A stretch of 61,654 nucleotides of DNA, counting the filler, from Sphacelaria rigidula (lineage: Eukaryota), in NCBI GenBank assembly GCA_964200075.2. It is 10 parts of 10 records of this genome, joined end to end, with 100 filler letters (N's around TTAATTAATTAA, not from the genome) between each part and the next. Parts side by side here need not be neighbours in the genome. Positions count along the whole stretch, not along the records: positions 6,178 to 12,253 come from CAXNAA020022399.1; positions 12,354 to 18,429 come from CAXNAA020022400.1; positions 18,530 to 24,604 come from CAXNAA020022401.1; 7 more parts are not named here. One strand, 5' to 3'. Below the pieces are notes generated by a model. It had not been told where the DNA came from. It made no database searches and saw nothing but the letters and a program-made list of their open reading frames with translations. Within the stretch, counting starts at the first letter, position 1, and each line of letters starts with the position of its first letter. Position numbers and translations under genes: made by a program. Positions 11,985 to 24,424 of this stretch are shown in pieces.

Positions 11985-12253
11985 GTGAATGATTGGCGAG
12001 CGTCTTGTGATTGAGTCTGCATTCGCGGACGAAAAGCGTCAGGAGGAGGGGCGGGGGAGTGTACTCCTGATCATGTATGCCATAGTCACAAGACCATTGA
12101 TCTCGCATCTCTACAAGGCCGGAACGGAGCACGCCGGGTTTTGGCCGGACCAGGCGAGGGGGGGGGGGGGGGGGGCGTACCCATTTGCTGCTGGCATTGA
12201 TCGATTTCCTATTGACCCCGCAACCCATCCGAAAAGAAAGACCGTTCCTACTC
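11985..12253 (+). repeat. Tandem G-run modules at contig end
   Basis: Two consecutive ~100-110 bp modules, each starting with a G-run then (c)gtac(t/c)c, separated by a long G tract at ~12158-12175. Confidence 0.8.
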
Positions 12254-12353
12254 NNNNNNNNNNNNNNNNNNNNNNNNNNNNNNNNNNNNNNNNNNNNTTA
12301 ATTAATTAANNNNNNNNNNNNNNNNNNNNNNNNNNNNNNNNNNNNNNNNNNNN

Positions 12354-14855
12354 TGATGCGGGTCAACCGCCGAGGCAAGATGGATGCTCAGTCCGTGGCC
12401 TGCCATTACCTCAATAATGGCAGTAACCATTCTTCATCGACGGTCAAGGTCCTGAAGGCTGCTACCGGTGCCGTCTGCTACACCAACAACGTTGTCTGGA
12501 CGGTACCGCGTGTGCCACTGCAGTCGTCGGCAACGCTGATCGTTGGTGGGGAGGAGGCCCATTCCAGTACCGTGGCCGCCGCCGCCGCGCCGTCAGCAGA
12601 GCAACATCACGGGACGCCGCTCGCCGGGGGGGAAAGGTCCAAACGCCGCTCGTCGGGGGGGAGGAGGTTCATGGTAGCACGGCCGCCGCCGTCGCCACAC
12701 CACTGCTCCCGCCAACATATCACATAGTGGAGTTCGAGCTGCCGCCGCCGCCGCCGCGCCCGCTGACTTCGCCGACTCAGCCGACTCAGCTGGCACTACC
12801 GCCGCCGACGCACCCGTCCACTCCGCAGATGCATCGATCGCCACCGACATCCCCGCCGATCTTCTCCGGCTCTTCGGCCCCGATACCGTCAGCATCTTCT
12901 TCGACTGCGTCGCGTGATGCATCATCCGCCCCTGAAGTGATGAACCATTTTTTCTCGCTGATTCTAATCAACGTGAGGAAGGAGCTGGATCTGGAAACAG
13001 ACCCCCGGCAGCCAGGGCGGACGCGGTCAGGGTCGACGCAATACAATACAGACAAGGCTGCACTCTTGCACCACAGCTGGGGACCCATGCAGGAATTGGA
13101 TAAGCGATCTTTGCTGTTTGCTCTCCTCACGCGCGGCGTGGTTGATGCCGGGCGACAGGGCAACGATGGTGAGAAAGAGGGGCGCGGGGGGATACCGATG
13201 TGACTCGCGACGAGGCAGCGACGCGTGAAGATATAGATATCGCTTTACGTGAGCAGCGCCCGCCGCACATCCCACCGAAACTCCCACATTGTCCAGCAAA
13301 GGATCTCAAGGTCCCCAACGGATACACGCAGGCGGTGCGCTCGGAGCACGGTGCTTTATGGAGGGACTCGATGGGGCGGGAATGGCGGGGAATTCTGGAG
13401 GCGGGGACGATAGACTCAGCGGAAGAGCAACTCGTGGACAACTTTATCCATGCAAAGTGGGTATATAACTGGAAGGCGGACGAGTTTGGATGGCCCACGA
13501 AGATGAAGTTGAGACTAGTAGCAAGAGGAGATATGCGGAGGGAGAACATAGATTTTTTTGAGAGTTGTATGCCCCCACTGTAGCAGTTTCTAGCGTACGT
13601 TTGTTGGCGACTCTGGCTTGTGAGCAAACTCTTGCGTTGCGCCATTTTGATATCGAACAAGCTTTTGTACAGTCTGAGTTGGACAAGGATGTTTTCATGC
13701 GGTTGCCACTTGGTTGTGGTAGCTTATCTGGTAAAATAGTAAGACTCAACAAAACTTTGTACGGATTGAAACAGGCAACTAGGCAGTGGCATAATCACCT
13801 GGCGGAATGTTTATTTGTTGTGGGATTTGATCAGTGCTTGGCGGATTCATGTGTGTTTCGGTTGATTGAGGATGGCAGGGTGATTATCACCATTGTAGTA
13901 CATGTGGAAGATATATTCGCAGTGGGAGAGAAGGAGAGATGTGACGAGTTTGGTAAAGATCTCAAAATGATGGTTCCAGTAAAAAATCTCGGGGATTTGC
14001 GTTGGTATTCTGGACTGCACTATGAGAGAGACATTGCAAGGGGGACTCTGAAAATTTCACAACAAATATACGCAGAAGAGTTGGCGAAGGAATACGGAGT
14101 AGAGTGGGGATAGAGTACCCCCATCGCTGTTGGTGCGAAGCTTGAACAGTTCAGTGTAGAAGAGCAGGCAACGGAATTTCCGTTTCGAGAATTGATGGGA
14201 TCACTGATGTGGCTGGAAACTCAAACGAGGCCAGACATATCTAACACAGTACGTGCAGTAGCGAGGTACTGTGCCTCTCCGAAACACCTCCATTGGCGTG
14301 CTGCGCTTGGTATTTTGGGGTATGTTAGGCGAACAAGTTTGCTGGGGATTTCTTTTCGCAGAGGAAGAATACAGGGGTTGAGCTTTCATGTTTTTGCAGA
14401 CGCAGACTACGCAAGTGAGGCAGCTGATAGGCGGTCGGTATCAGGAGGGCTAGTCATGTGTGGAGGTGGGTGTGTGTCTTGGTTTTCAAGGACTTAAAAT
14501 AAGAGTGTGTGACGCTGTCCACAACGGAAGCAGAGTACGTTGCGATGACAGATATTCTGAAGGAGGTATTGTTTTTGAGACAATTTAGCGTTTCATGTTG
14601 CCGCAGATGGGAATGCCATGCATCCCAGTGTTTGATGATCATCAGGGAGCTATTCAGTTGGCGAAGAACCCAATCACAAACTCCAACTCCAAGCACATCG
14701 ACGTACGGCATCATTTTATCGGGGAGTTGGTTGGGAGGAAAGAGGTTTCGGTTATTCGCGTGAGATCGGAGTATCGACATGCCGATTTTGTCACTAAAGT
14801 GTTGCCGACAGAGTCTTATGGGTTTCACCGTAATATTGTCATGAACATCATGTAG
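12354..14855 (+). mobile_element. Degenerate Ty1/copia retrotransposon (post-integrase region, RT, RNase H)
   Basis: KMDAQSVACHYL; WVYNWK..KLRLVARG; FDIEQAF; LNKTLYGLKQATRQW; VHVEDIF; FADADYA..RRSVSG; TLSTTEAEYVA; KHIDVRHHFI. Frameshift at ~13570, stops at 14111 and ~14495. Confidence 0.95.
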
Positions 14856-14989
14856 AGAGTCTGAGCTGAAGCACAGGTGTTTAGTTGGTCTGAGCTGGTT
14901 TGATTTGTTTTCGGGGACATTTATCCATCCCGGGAAAGTAGGAGTACGAGGCCATGGTTGCAATATTTTCAATTTTGCGATGAATTATT

Positions 14990-15310
14990 TTATCCTCGAT
15001 GGGTACGACCGGATCTGATTTTGTATTGCAAACAAAATATTTGTCAATGGTTTCTGGTGTTAGATTTCGGTCTTCGACGGGTTCGATCGGATCTGATTTT
15101 TTGTTGCAGCAAATGAAATATTTCTCAGTGGCTTTTTGGTGTTGGATTTCGGTCTTCGACGGGTACGACCGGATTTTTTTTTTGTTGCAGCAAATCAAAT
15201 ATTTTTCGATGATTTTTAGTGTTGGATTTTGGTCTTCGACGGGTACGACCGGATTGATTTTTTGTTATAGACAAAATATTTTTCAAAGCTTTTTTGGTGA
15301 TAGACTTCGG
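14990..15310 (+). repeat. ~80-bp tandem repeat x4 downstream of copia RNase H
   Basis: tcttcgacgggtacgaccggat...aaatattt units at ~14994, 15071, 15153 and 15233. Confidence 0.85.
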
Positions 15311-17037
15311 GTGCCACAAAAATTTCCATAGCAAATATCGGAAACTGAACTGGTTTTTGACTTTGCGTTTGGTTGATGAATTCTCATCTTTTGTTGAATA
15401 TATCTCTAGGATTTTTTGACATTTTGGTTTTGCGATGATTTGAGTTTTTGAATTCGATTTTTTTTTCAGTACTGAAAGGCGTGAAGGGATGGATCAAAAG
15501 CATGAGAATGTCATGACGTATTTAGGAAAAGGACTAAAGGCAGGATTCTCAGTTTGCTAAGTAGATGACTTAACCAAATGTCTGTACAAGGGTGGAACGA
15601 TTTTTTGTGTGCTTGATAATATAGCATTGAAGGTAGCTGTTTCCACTGTGCAGAGCGGGAAGGAGACACAGCACGTGTCTGTCAAGGTGGGTAGGCATGA
15701 GAGCGCGCCCGCCGACAGTACCACGATGAACACTGGTTTGGATGCTGCTGGTATTGCTGTTAAAGAGGGCGAACATGTGACGCAGCTCGAGCGGACTGCA
15801 GGCAGCTCAGCTGCCGCTGTTACCGTTCAGGAGTGCGCTGGGCAGGCAGGAGGTGGTGGCTGCAGCGGGTCTATTTGATCCCGCCGCTGCTGCCGCTGCT
15901 GATGGAAACGCGAAGCCGATTTGCTCCAATGAGCTAGCGCTGAGCCCTGGTTACTTGTGGCCACCTCGCATGCTCACCGCTGCAAGGTCATCTTCTTGAT
16001 GAGAGTGAGCAGAGCAAGCTTGGGGTTTGCGATGCTCAGGGCGAATCTATATGTCCCAGTGATTGGCGGAAGATTATTCAGATGATTCGTGGGGGCGTCT
16101 GCTTGCAAGAAAAGTCGATGTCGGGTTGGCGGATGTGGATTCGCTGGATTGTGTGGTGTTGGGGTGGTCTTACGCATTGCTGTTTACATGAACAGCTTTG
16201 GCGTATTTGGCGGCGATGGCGGAGGTGCCTCAACTGTTGCGCCATGGGGTGTTTGAGGAGGATAGTGTGCCATCAGGAGGTGTTGCTCTTCGGGACTGTG
16301 TAGCTGTTCCCAGCTCGCCTCTCGTGTCCTCTGAAAAACTAACTGAAGCACAGGTGTTTAGTACTGACCAAGTATCTGTGGAGGCAAATGGTCTGTCGCA
16401 TGGGTTCGGCGGTGCGGATATACCGTTTGGTGGCGAGCTGAGCAGCTCCACGATGGTGGGGCTTATAGCTGGACTCATGGCGCAAGGAGCGAGTGTTCGA
16501 GTGACAACGCTGCTCTACGCTGTGCACGGGGTTGTGATTCGAGTGCTGCGCTTCTCAGGAGCGGGCTGGAGGACTACAAAGAATGCATTTCCTGAGGTAC
16601 TTGCTGTTGTGGTGAGGGTCGCGTTGGGTGCTGATGTTGAGGAGCAAGTTCTGAGGTGATCGAGTGCTTGTTGAGAATGAGGAAACATATCATGACTGGT
16701 ATTCGTGAATCGTTTTGAGAATGATTGCAGCTTGTTATTGTGTGGTTTGTGGTCATGTTTGCGCATGAAACATAGTTGTCCAGCGAGCATGATCGTGCGT
16801 GTGCAGGGTAAAACTCTGGCGTACACGTGGATATTTGGCATGTGTGTGTTGTGCTGGTCTGGTTGGCACGGACGATGCATGGTGTTTGCTGCGAGGAAGG
16901 TGGCATTGCATATGCTGGCATGCATGCCTGGAATGTTCGCTACAGTATGGTACTAGTGTGCATGGTATCTTGTGAAGAGCTAGGGTGGGGCAGGTTTCAA
17001 TATACTGCTGTATGCTGGATGAGGTGAATCTCGTGTA

Positions 17038-17882
17038 CAGTGGGGGGCTCTCACTAGTGCCGGTATGTGCCCACCACGGACACCGGCACTACTCAGAGAG
17101 CCCGGCACTACTCTAAAAAGTGCCAAAACAGGTGCAATTGAGGGCTCTGAATACTTCAGTAGTGCCGGTTCTGGCACTACTGCTACGCTTGCCCTTCGTG
17201 GGACCAACGGAAGCACAAAACGGACGAGGACCTTTGGTTCAGGGGTTTCGTTAGGATACGTCACGTAAGGTTTCGGGGTAGCAGAACTAAACCCGACGTT
17301 TTTTTGTTTTTCACATTCAACTTGATTGACCCTGTTCACAGGTTGATCAGTTTCTTCCCTACTAGCACAACAGCAGCAGCACGGCCACAAAAGTTGCTCA
17401 TGCCGAAAGACATTTCCGACAAGAAAAACAAGAACAAATCTGCCCCCAACGCAACTATGAAGGTGCGGCATCTGGTGTGGAAAAACACTCCCGAAAATGT
17501 ACACCGCCCACCAAAAGGAGTGAGCGAGAAAGAACGAACCACACCCCTTTTCACTTCCTACCGGCTACCGAGGCAAGGAGAGAGAGACTCAAACGACCTC
17601 GAAAAAAACACACCGATGCAGCAAACTAGACACGATTCCTCCCGCGCCTGTGCTCGGGCGTAGATGCTACGGGCTACCCGATACGAAACAACATCAGTGA
17701 AGCAACCATCAAAGAACCAGCACTGTTGAGGGTACAAAACCGTTCAAACCGGCACTACTGACGATCATCTGTCAGTAGTGCCGGTCGGCAATACTGCGAG
17801 ACCTGGCTGTGCCCGTAGATTTTACCGGCATTATATAGGTCGCTGGCACTATTCAACCGGCCCTTCTGAGAGCCCCCCACTG
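17038..17882. mobile_element. Non-autonomous Tc1/mariner-type element, 845 bp
   Basis: TA|CAGTGGGGGGCTCTCA ... TGAGAGCCCCCCACTG|TA: perfect 16-bp TIR, TA TSD, subterminal CCGGCACTAC motifs at both ends. Confidence 0.88.
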
Positions 17883-18013
17883 TATTCCTATTATCACAGA
17901 CACGCGGCGGAGTTCTCTTTGTGCAGTTTCTGGGTACTGACTGTAGGAGATGGTGGTTGCTGCTGTCGGCGTTAAAATGAGCAGTAACCACGAAATACGT
18001 AGGCTCGAATGTG

Positions 18014-18429
18014 CTGTAGACTCTTCTAGCCACCATTGTTACATGAGGTTAGGGACATTGTGTAGGTGGAGTTGCGGGTCTTATAGACTTCTGTCAGTCG
18101 AGATCAGATCGCCATGTGGACTCCTCCCATCACGGGCACATGGACTTCAGCAGCTTGAGTTATTCATGTATTGACCCTCGGCATAGTACAGAAAAACAGG
18201 ACCATAGCCTTTCTCCACCAGAGTAGCAAAACCAAGCCTACTCGTCATGGAGGTTACCCATCACAGAGTCCGGCAATCAGACCCGCAACTCTACCTACCT
18301 ATGTCCCCAACTTTGGATAACAATGGTGGCTAGAGTCTACAGTCTGATTGCCGGACTCTGTGATGGGTGACCTCCATGACGTGAAGGCTTGGTTTTGCTA
18401 CTCTGATGGAGAAAGGCGATGGTCCTGTT
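18014..18429. repeat. Interlocked inverted repeats A..B'-A'-B (DIRS-like ICR/ITR arrangement)
   Basis: 18195-18282 is the reverse complement of 18342-18429; 18014-18081 is the reverse complement of 18279-18342. Confidence 0.85.
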
Positions 18430-20320
18430 NNNNNNNNNNNNNNNNNNNNNNNNNNNNNNNNNNNNNNNNNNNNTTAATTAATTAANNNNNNNNNNNNNNN
18501 NNNNNNNNNNNNNNNNNNNNNNNNNNNNNTTTTTTTTTTTTTCGTGGAGGTGTGTTTTTTTTTCTTTTCCCTTTTTTTTTTACATTGACGGGGTTTTTTT
18601 TCCCCCCCCCCCCCCCGCGAAAACACCTAGAATTAAAAAAATCCGCATAGGGCCCCAAATTTTTTCGCGGGCACTCCTGGCCTGCACGATAATCACGTAA
18701 CAACTGTCGCTCCGACATATACCTGTAGTGTCTACCAAAATTTACCCAAGCTTCAGCATCGAATACTGCGTACGTTTCGTGTGGTTGTTCCAACGTCTAG
18801 ATTTGTTGTTTTAATGTTGTCTTCACATTAAAAACCGTTCCGATATCTGCGCGGTACATTGGTACTGGGCATCTTATGCGGACGCCTTCCGTAGTCACAG
18901 GCTTGCAGAAGCAGATTTCCAATATACAATATACCGCGTCCAAATCACTGAGAAGGACACTGCACCACAATAGTACAGTCAGTCGTCATTCGACTCAAAC
19001 GCCCCCGTGTGCCAGGAGTACAAAGTATTTTGTTTCCTTCTTGTGGTGCGCTAGTCAACCCGGATACGTGGACACCAGAGTTCTTGTGGGTACTCAACCT
19101 TTCTTGGACGGTGTCCCCGTCAGAGCGCTGAACCAATCCCTCTGTAGAAAGTAAGGCAATGGTTCAGCGGCCCTTTCAGCAAGTTAGGGGGTGTGAACTA
19201 CATGACCGTTTTGGACTTTCCGGCAGTTCACAGTTCGAAAATAATAGTGGAAAAGCGTCGGCGTGTGGGACTAGGAAGGCTAGAGGCAAGCTTGGAGGAA
19301 TCAGAAGAAGACCTTGTCTTCATCCTCTCAAGTTCTTGTGTGCAGGAAGAAGGCGAGAAACAAGACGAGGAAAGAAGAAGAGATCGACCTGCTCGGGTGT
19401 ACAGTAATACAACTTGGATGTAGCTTTCAGAAACACATTTCTCCACAAATACTCGAAAATAAATTGGATATGGCCTGAAGAGTAGTCTAGCTAGTACACT
19501 GATGTACTAACTGGGCCGTCCAACAAGATGATGTTTGTAAGATCGGCACGGCGTGCGTCAGTACCGTCTGTCCGTGCATGCACATACTAAGCCCGCAGAA
19601 TTGTACGGTACTGAAGTGAGACACAAAAATACCATGTGGAGAAAGCAGGCTGCGGTCACGCATTATTCAATCACCAACCCACCGATCACGACATGCACAC
19701 GCCAACTTCACGCCAACTTCACCTGCTGGAGTGGGCACGCCGAAGGAACCCGAACGAATCCCGATCCTGGCAAGAAACAACCCAGAAGAGTTCCCAGCAC
19801 AGTGGCGACCGTTGTCGTGCTGCACGTCATCCTCATCCTACGGCTGCCCTCGCTCGGAGGAATAGCAAGCATCCCTGCTGCTGGTTCACCGTTTTGCTAG
19901 TTTCGCTCCTCCGCTACTGCTCTACAAATTTCTTAATTTTACATAGGCATTTGCAGATTGAGGCCTACACTGTTCCTCAGCCTGGAGTGCACTGCAGCAG
20001 AAGGCGTATTGCGCTCTGCTGTGCTGTGGGGTGACGTGATGGGGTGTGTAGTGCCCTGTCGTGCTGTGATGTGTTGAGCAGAGTTGAAGTGAACAGGGAG
20101 GGTGTCGCCTCCTTCAAAAATATAAGAGGCGTGTTTATGAAAGTAGGGGATAAAGCTATCATATATCCCTCCCCGCCCCCCCCCATTCTGGTTGCAGGTA
20201 CCCCACCCATCCTAATGTTGTGTCGTACCCAGCGCAGGGTGCCGTGTACTGAACCATATCGTAGATATTTCTGTCGGGGACGCGATGAGGGGCGCAAAGC
20301 GATCGGCGGCCGAGGCAGCA

Positions 20321-20589
20321 ATGTCGAGCATCACCCCTGGCGCACCCAACTCGGACGATGACGTCGAATCGTCAATGATGGCAGACTCCGACAACGATGA
20401 TAATGACGATCCCATTCCGATTACACAGACATCGGAAGTCCTGTCGCAATCACAGCGATCCATGTCGCTGTCACAGAGCAGCGTCATGACATTGTCACAA
20501 CCATCGCAATCCCAGGGACCTGGGGTAGAGGGCGGTGCAGCTAGCGGAGAAGGAGGAGCACCATCGGCAAAACGCGCGAAACTCGAGGT
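20321..20589 (+). CDS. Possible first exon; acidic/SQ-rich low-complexity peptide ending in NLS-like PSAKRAKLE
   Basis: ATG in gcagcaATG context, MSSITPGAPNSDDDVESS...SQSQ...AKRAKLE, followed by GAG|gtgtga. No downstream exon confirmed. Confidence 0.4.
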
Positions 20590-21359
20590 GTGATGTTTGT
20601 TGCACGCACATTTGCTAGCCCCAGCAAAGGACGGCCCGGAAAGCAATCAGTTTACGTCAGTATACCTGGTAGTCCCCAGTAGTCCAGCGTTTTTAAATTC
20701 AAAAACATGGCCAGGTGTTTGCAGTGCAGAGTAGACATCAAGAGCCGGTGATTCGTTTGTTTCAGTCTCTGCTCCCATTTTCATCCACAGGTGCGTGTTG
20801 GATCGTTCCAGCGTGATGCACTGCTACTCAACTGTTGTACTGCATTGCTCTCAATGTCCAGGCCAAGAAAGAACACTGAAGCCGAGCAGTGTGCGCAAAA
20901 ATATTGAATATATTCCGAAAAGAAAGGCATGTCTTCCGGTAACATGATCATCACCCGTGCCCCCCCGCTGACACGAGGGCGGCTGCTGAATCCATGGAGT
21001 TGCAACAGCATCTCATCCTGTAGGCATCCCGGGGTAGCAGAGAGCAGTGTTGTTGCACTGTTTTTGGACGCTTCCCTAGCTCTCCATCCCCCTCCGCGTG
21101 AACCGTATATCTGTTCTCCAATGAGCTCGGGTAGGGGCCATGTATGTAGTCGACTGTTGTGTGTGCTGCTGGCTGTTGTACTGTTGTACATACCAGTGTA
21201 CACTGCTGTGCTGCCATTGTTATAGCAGCCTCATGTAGGGCAGAGGGAAGAAGGAAGCAACACTAACTGGCCGATTACTGGTCAGGCGTCAATTGCATGT
21301 ATGTGGCGCGACAAAAAAAAATGTCCGTCCTTCTTGTTCGACCGCATTACAGACAGTAA

Positions 21360-21836
21360 GGCCGTGTCTTATCGGATTGTTTTCGTGCCGTAGACGCGCG
21401 GTCGAATCGAAATCGCTCGTTTCTGATTCGTCTACACTATTTGTTCCCTCTGATGGTTGAGAACATGAATACCGTGGACGTATGAGGTGCGAGCAAATTC
21501 GATTCCACCGTACGTTTTCGAGTCGAGGACAATTTGATAAGACATGGCCTACAATTTGATTAGTCCACTATCTGAGAGAATAGTTAGCGTGAGCAAATCA
21601 GAAACCAGCGGATTTGATTCGACCGCACGTTTTCGACTCGAGAACAATTTGACAGGTGCCCGTCTTGGCACATCAGTTTTCGATCGAAATTGTGCGGTGG
21701 AAAACAAAAATCCCGATCTGATGACGAAATTTTCGACGATGGTTAACATTACGGCTTATCAGATCGGGATTTTTGTTTTTCATCGCACAATTTCGACCAA
21801 AAACTAATTTGCCAAGACACCGCTTAAGACACGGCC
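21360..21836. mobile_element. PIF/Harbinger (Tourist-like) MITE, 477 bp
   Basis: TAA|GGCCGTGTCTTA ... TAAGACACGGCC|TAA; internal extra end GATAAGACATGGCC at 21536-21549; internal hairpin 21664-21722/21758-21815. Confidence 0.88.
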
Positions 21837-21849
21837 TAACAGTAGCAGT

Positions 21850-21897
<48 letters not shown>
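21850..21897 (+). repeat. (CAA)n microsatellite
   Basis: Direct reading. Confidence 0.95.
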
Positions 21898-21898
<1 letters not shown>

Positions 21899-22401
21899 GC
21901 TGTGGGTTCAGTTTTTTCGAAAACAAGAATTGAAGAAAAAATGAGAAAAAACGCGAGGTCGCTTGCTCAAACCCAGAGTTCGAGTTTATGGTATTTCCCC
22001 GTCCCACCCTCCGCCTGCAACATGTGTCTTCGTGAAATTCATGACGGCAAATTTTGCGTATACGATGATCAATGTTTAATTTTATATTCCAGAGTAAGGC
22101 GGTTATCATCCGATCACTGGGAGCGCACATGATCATATCTAGCTTCTCTTGGGCAAAGTGTGGTATCCCGGGTCACCGATGAGGTTCCACAAATCATGAC
22201 CATAACAGCGCACGGCCTTATTTGCTTGGGAGTTTACTGTGCTCGAATGATCGCGCGAGGCCGTGTCCTATACACCGATCCGTTCCTTACTATCGTAGGC
22301 ACTTGGTTTAATCTTCCTGCTGGGCTGCTGTTCACGTCAACCGCGGCGCTGTTTTCAAACTTCAAACGAACTAAACAGAAGAAAAAAAATGAACAAAAGA
22401 A

Positions 22402-22489
22402 TCTCGACACTCGGATTCGAACCAAGGACCAACAGATAACCATGATATCCACTACAGTCTGTCGCTCTACCGGGCTGAGCTATGTCGAG
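22402..22489 (-). tRNA. tRNA-Tyr(GTA) with 14-nt intron (22438-22451)
   Basis: CTCGACA/TGTCGAG-A acceptor stem (C1:G72, A73); D arm TAGCTCAGCCCGGTAGAGCG; ACAGA-CTGTAG-[intron]-A-TCTGT; T arm CTTGG-TTCGAAT-CCGAG; downstream oligo-T terminator. Confidence 0.96.
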
Positions 22490-24151
22490 ATGTTGGACGA
22501 GCGCAAAACATTGACTCCTAAACAACCGGCACAAAAATTTGGTGGGATGTTCGAGGTGTCTTCGTGTAGCCTGACATCTGCGATGAATCCGCGGTACCAG
22601 ATATTGCCGCAATATGCCACGATATCGTCGCTGTAAGTAACAAAATATTGTGATCACAACTGAAAAATGGGCCAGGAGAGGGGTTGTTGTTTCTCGTGTT
22701 AATTTTTTCCGTTTAATGCCTCGATTTGGGTTTAGGCGTATGATGTCTAGGATTTTTCTGCGCATGCCGAGAAGAGGCCGAAGGATAGGGGTGGTATTTA
22801 CCGTCCACACAACAGTAAGTTTCGGTCGCAATATTTTCTTCAACTGGCCTCTTGGTGATTGTTTCCGTGTACTATATGTTGAATTGTTCGCGCTCTGGCG
22901 TATGTGTTCACATAAACATAATAAACACGCTTGCCCATACCACTCCAACAGTGGTTTCGGGGCTTAGAACAAGCGATACTTGATTCTGGTTACACGGCGG
23001 TCATGCCGATTTTTCGTACTGTGTGCCGTCAGTACAAAACCTTGCTACCAAACTCCGAATGTCTGCCTCACGCTGCTTTTTTTTTCCACGCCAAGTTAAC
23101 TATGTAGATGTCTGTCGCGTACTTGCAGGGTGGTGAATGACACTGCACTCGTGAACTCTTGTCGCACACTGTGCACTGTTCTCGCAATACCGACTGTACC
23201 ATCGTGTATGATCACACGGCATCATCGTGTACTGTGATTGTGCAGTGTACCGCACTGCATTATACCCTAGGCTACCACGGTACGACGTTACTCTTCAAGG
23301 ATGAGTCACTGCCTGCCTGTTCCTCGGCCTCACTATGATACCACACCCCTCCCGAAAATGACCCGTGTACGGAAATATTTCAACAAATCTGTGGAGCCAT
23401 GATGGGGTGCACGCGGATCTGAGTTCGCAATTTTCGGTCCCCCCTATATAGCATAGATTGGAGTCCAGCCAGATTCGGGATTGGTTTCGATATAATATGG
23501 TCCAAGACAACGCAGACGTCGTGCATGTAGTATAAAGTATTTTACGTAGTCAGTGTTTACGGGGGGGGGGAAATCAAAATTCCCGGAGGGGCTGCGGCGG
23601 CGTCTATTGCACATTGAATATTTTCTTTCGTTCCCAGCCCGCTGGTTGCTGTCTAGTGCCGCCGCTCTTTCAAAGAAACAGAGATCAGTTCACCACTTGG
23701 TCGATTGACTCTTCGAAGAAATTCCTCGGAAATATATGATGTCGAAGTAACGGTCAAGCTAACCCTGACCCTGACCCCAACCCAAGGCACATCGAAAACC
23801 CTCGGGCGAGGGGGTGCAAAGTGTTCCCTAGGCAAAGTGTGACATGGGTAGACCTCAAATCGACGCCTGCGGCGATTTCGATGAGAATGCGTTCTGCGGA
23901 GAACTTAGGACTGTCAGCACCACTAAATATCCAAACATGGGTGTTCACACCCAACCAAGTGAAACATTGTGGGAAAGTTCTTATCAACCAAGTGAGTGGT
24001 AAACTCTACCGGGGGAACAACTTCCGTATTTTGTTCCCTGGTGATTTCGTACCTTCGGAAGGAATCACGCAATGATATATATTGAATTTATTCCCACCCA
24101 TCCACCTTATACTGCTGTCGTTCGGTGTCGCTGCTTGCATTCCCCCCCAAC

Positions 24152-24155
<4 letters not shown>

Positions 24156-24207
<52 letters not shown>
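24156..24207 (+). repeat. (CT)n microsatellite
   Basis: Direct reading. Confidence 0.95.
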
Positions 24208-24210
<3 letters not shown>

Positions 24211-24424
24211 CTCTCCATTTTCCTGTTTGACGTTCGGAATTTTGTCAGCAACTGGACGAGGTTCCGCTGGTTGTGTCTGCAGCCGTGTGCAAGGATAACA
24301 AGGCCTCCCTCCTGGTGCACCTGCGGGATGAAACCCTCAACTTTTCAGGTACAGCCACATTGAGGGTGGCCCTTCATAAGGTACATCCCTTGAGCATGGT
24401 CGCTTTACCCGGATTTCACAATGA

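Noticed and set aside
17049..17763. Candidate copia 3' LTR after GGGGGG tract
   Set aside because: Better explained as the interior of the TA-flanked TIR element 17038-17882.
23755..23790. Telomere-like (CCCTAA/CCCTGA) repeats
   Set aside because: Only about four degenerate units, internal to the contig.
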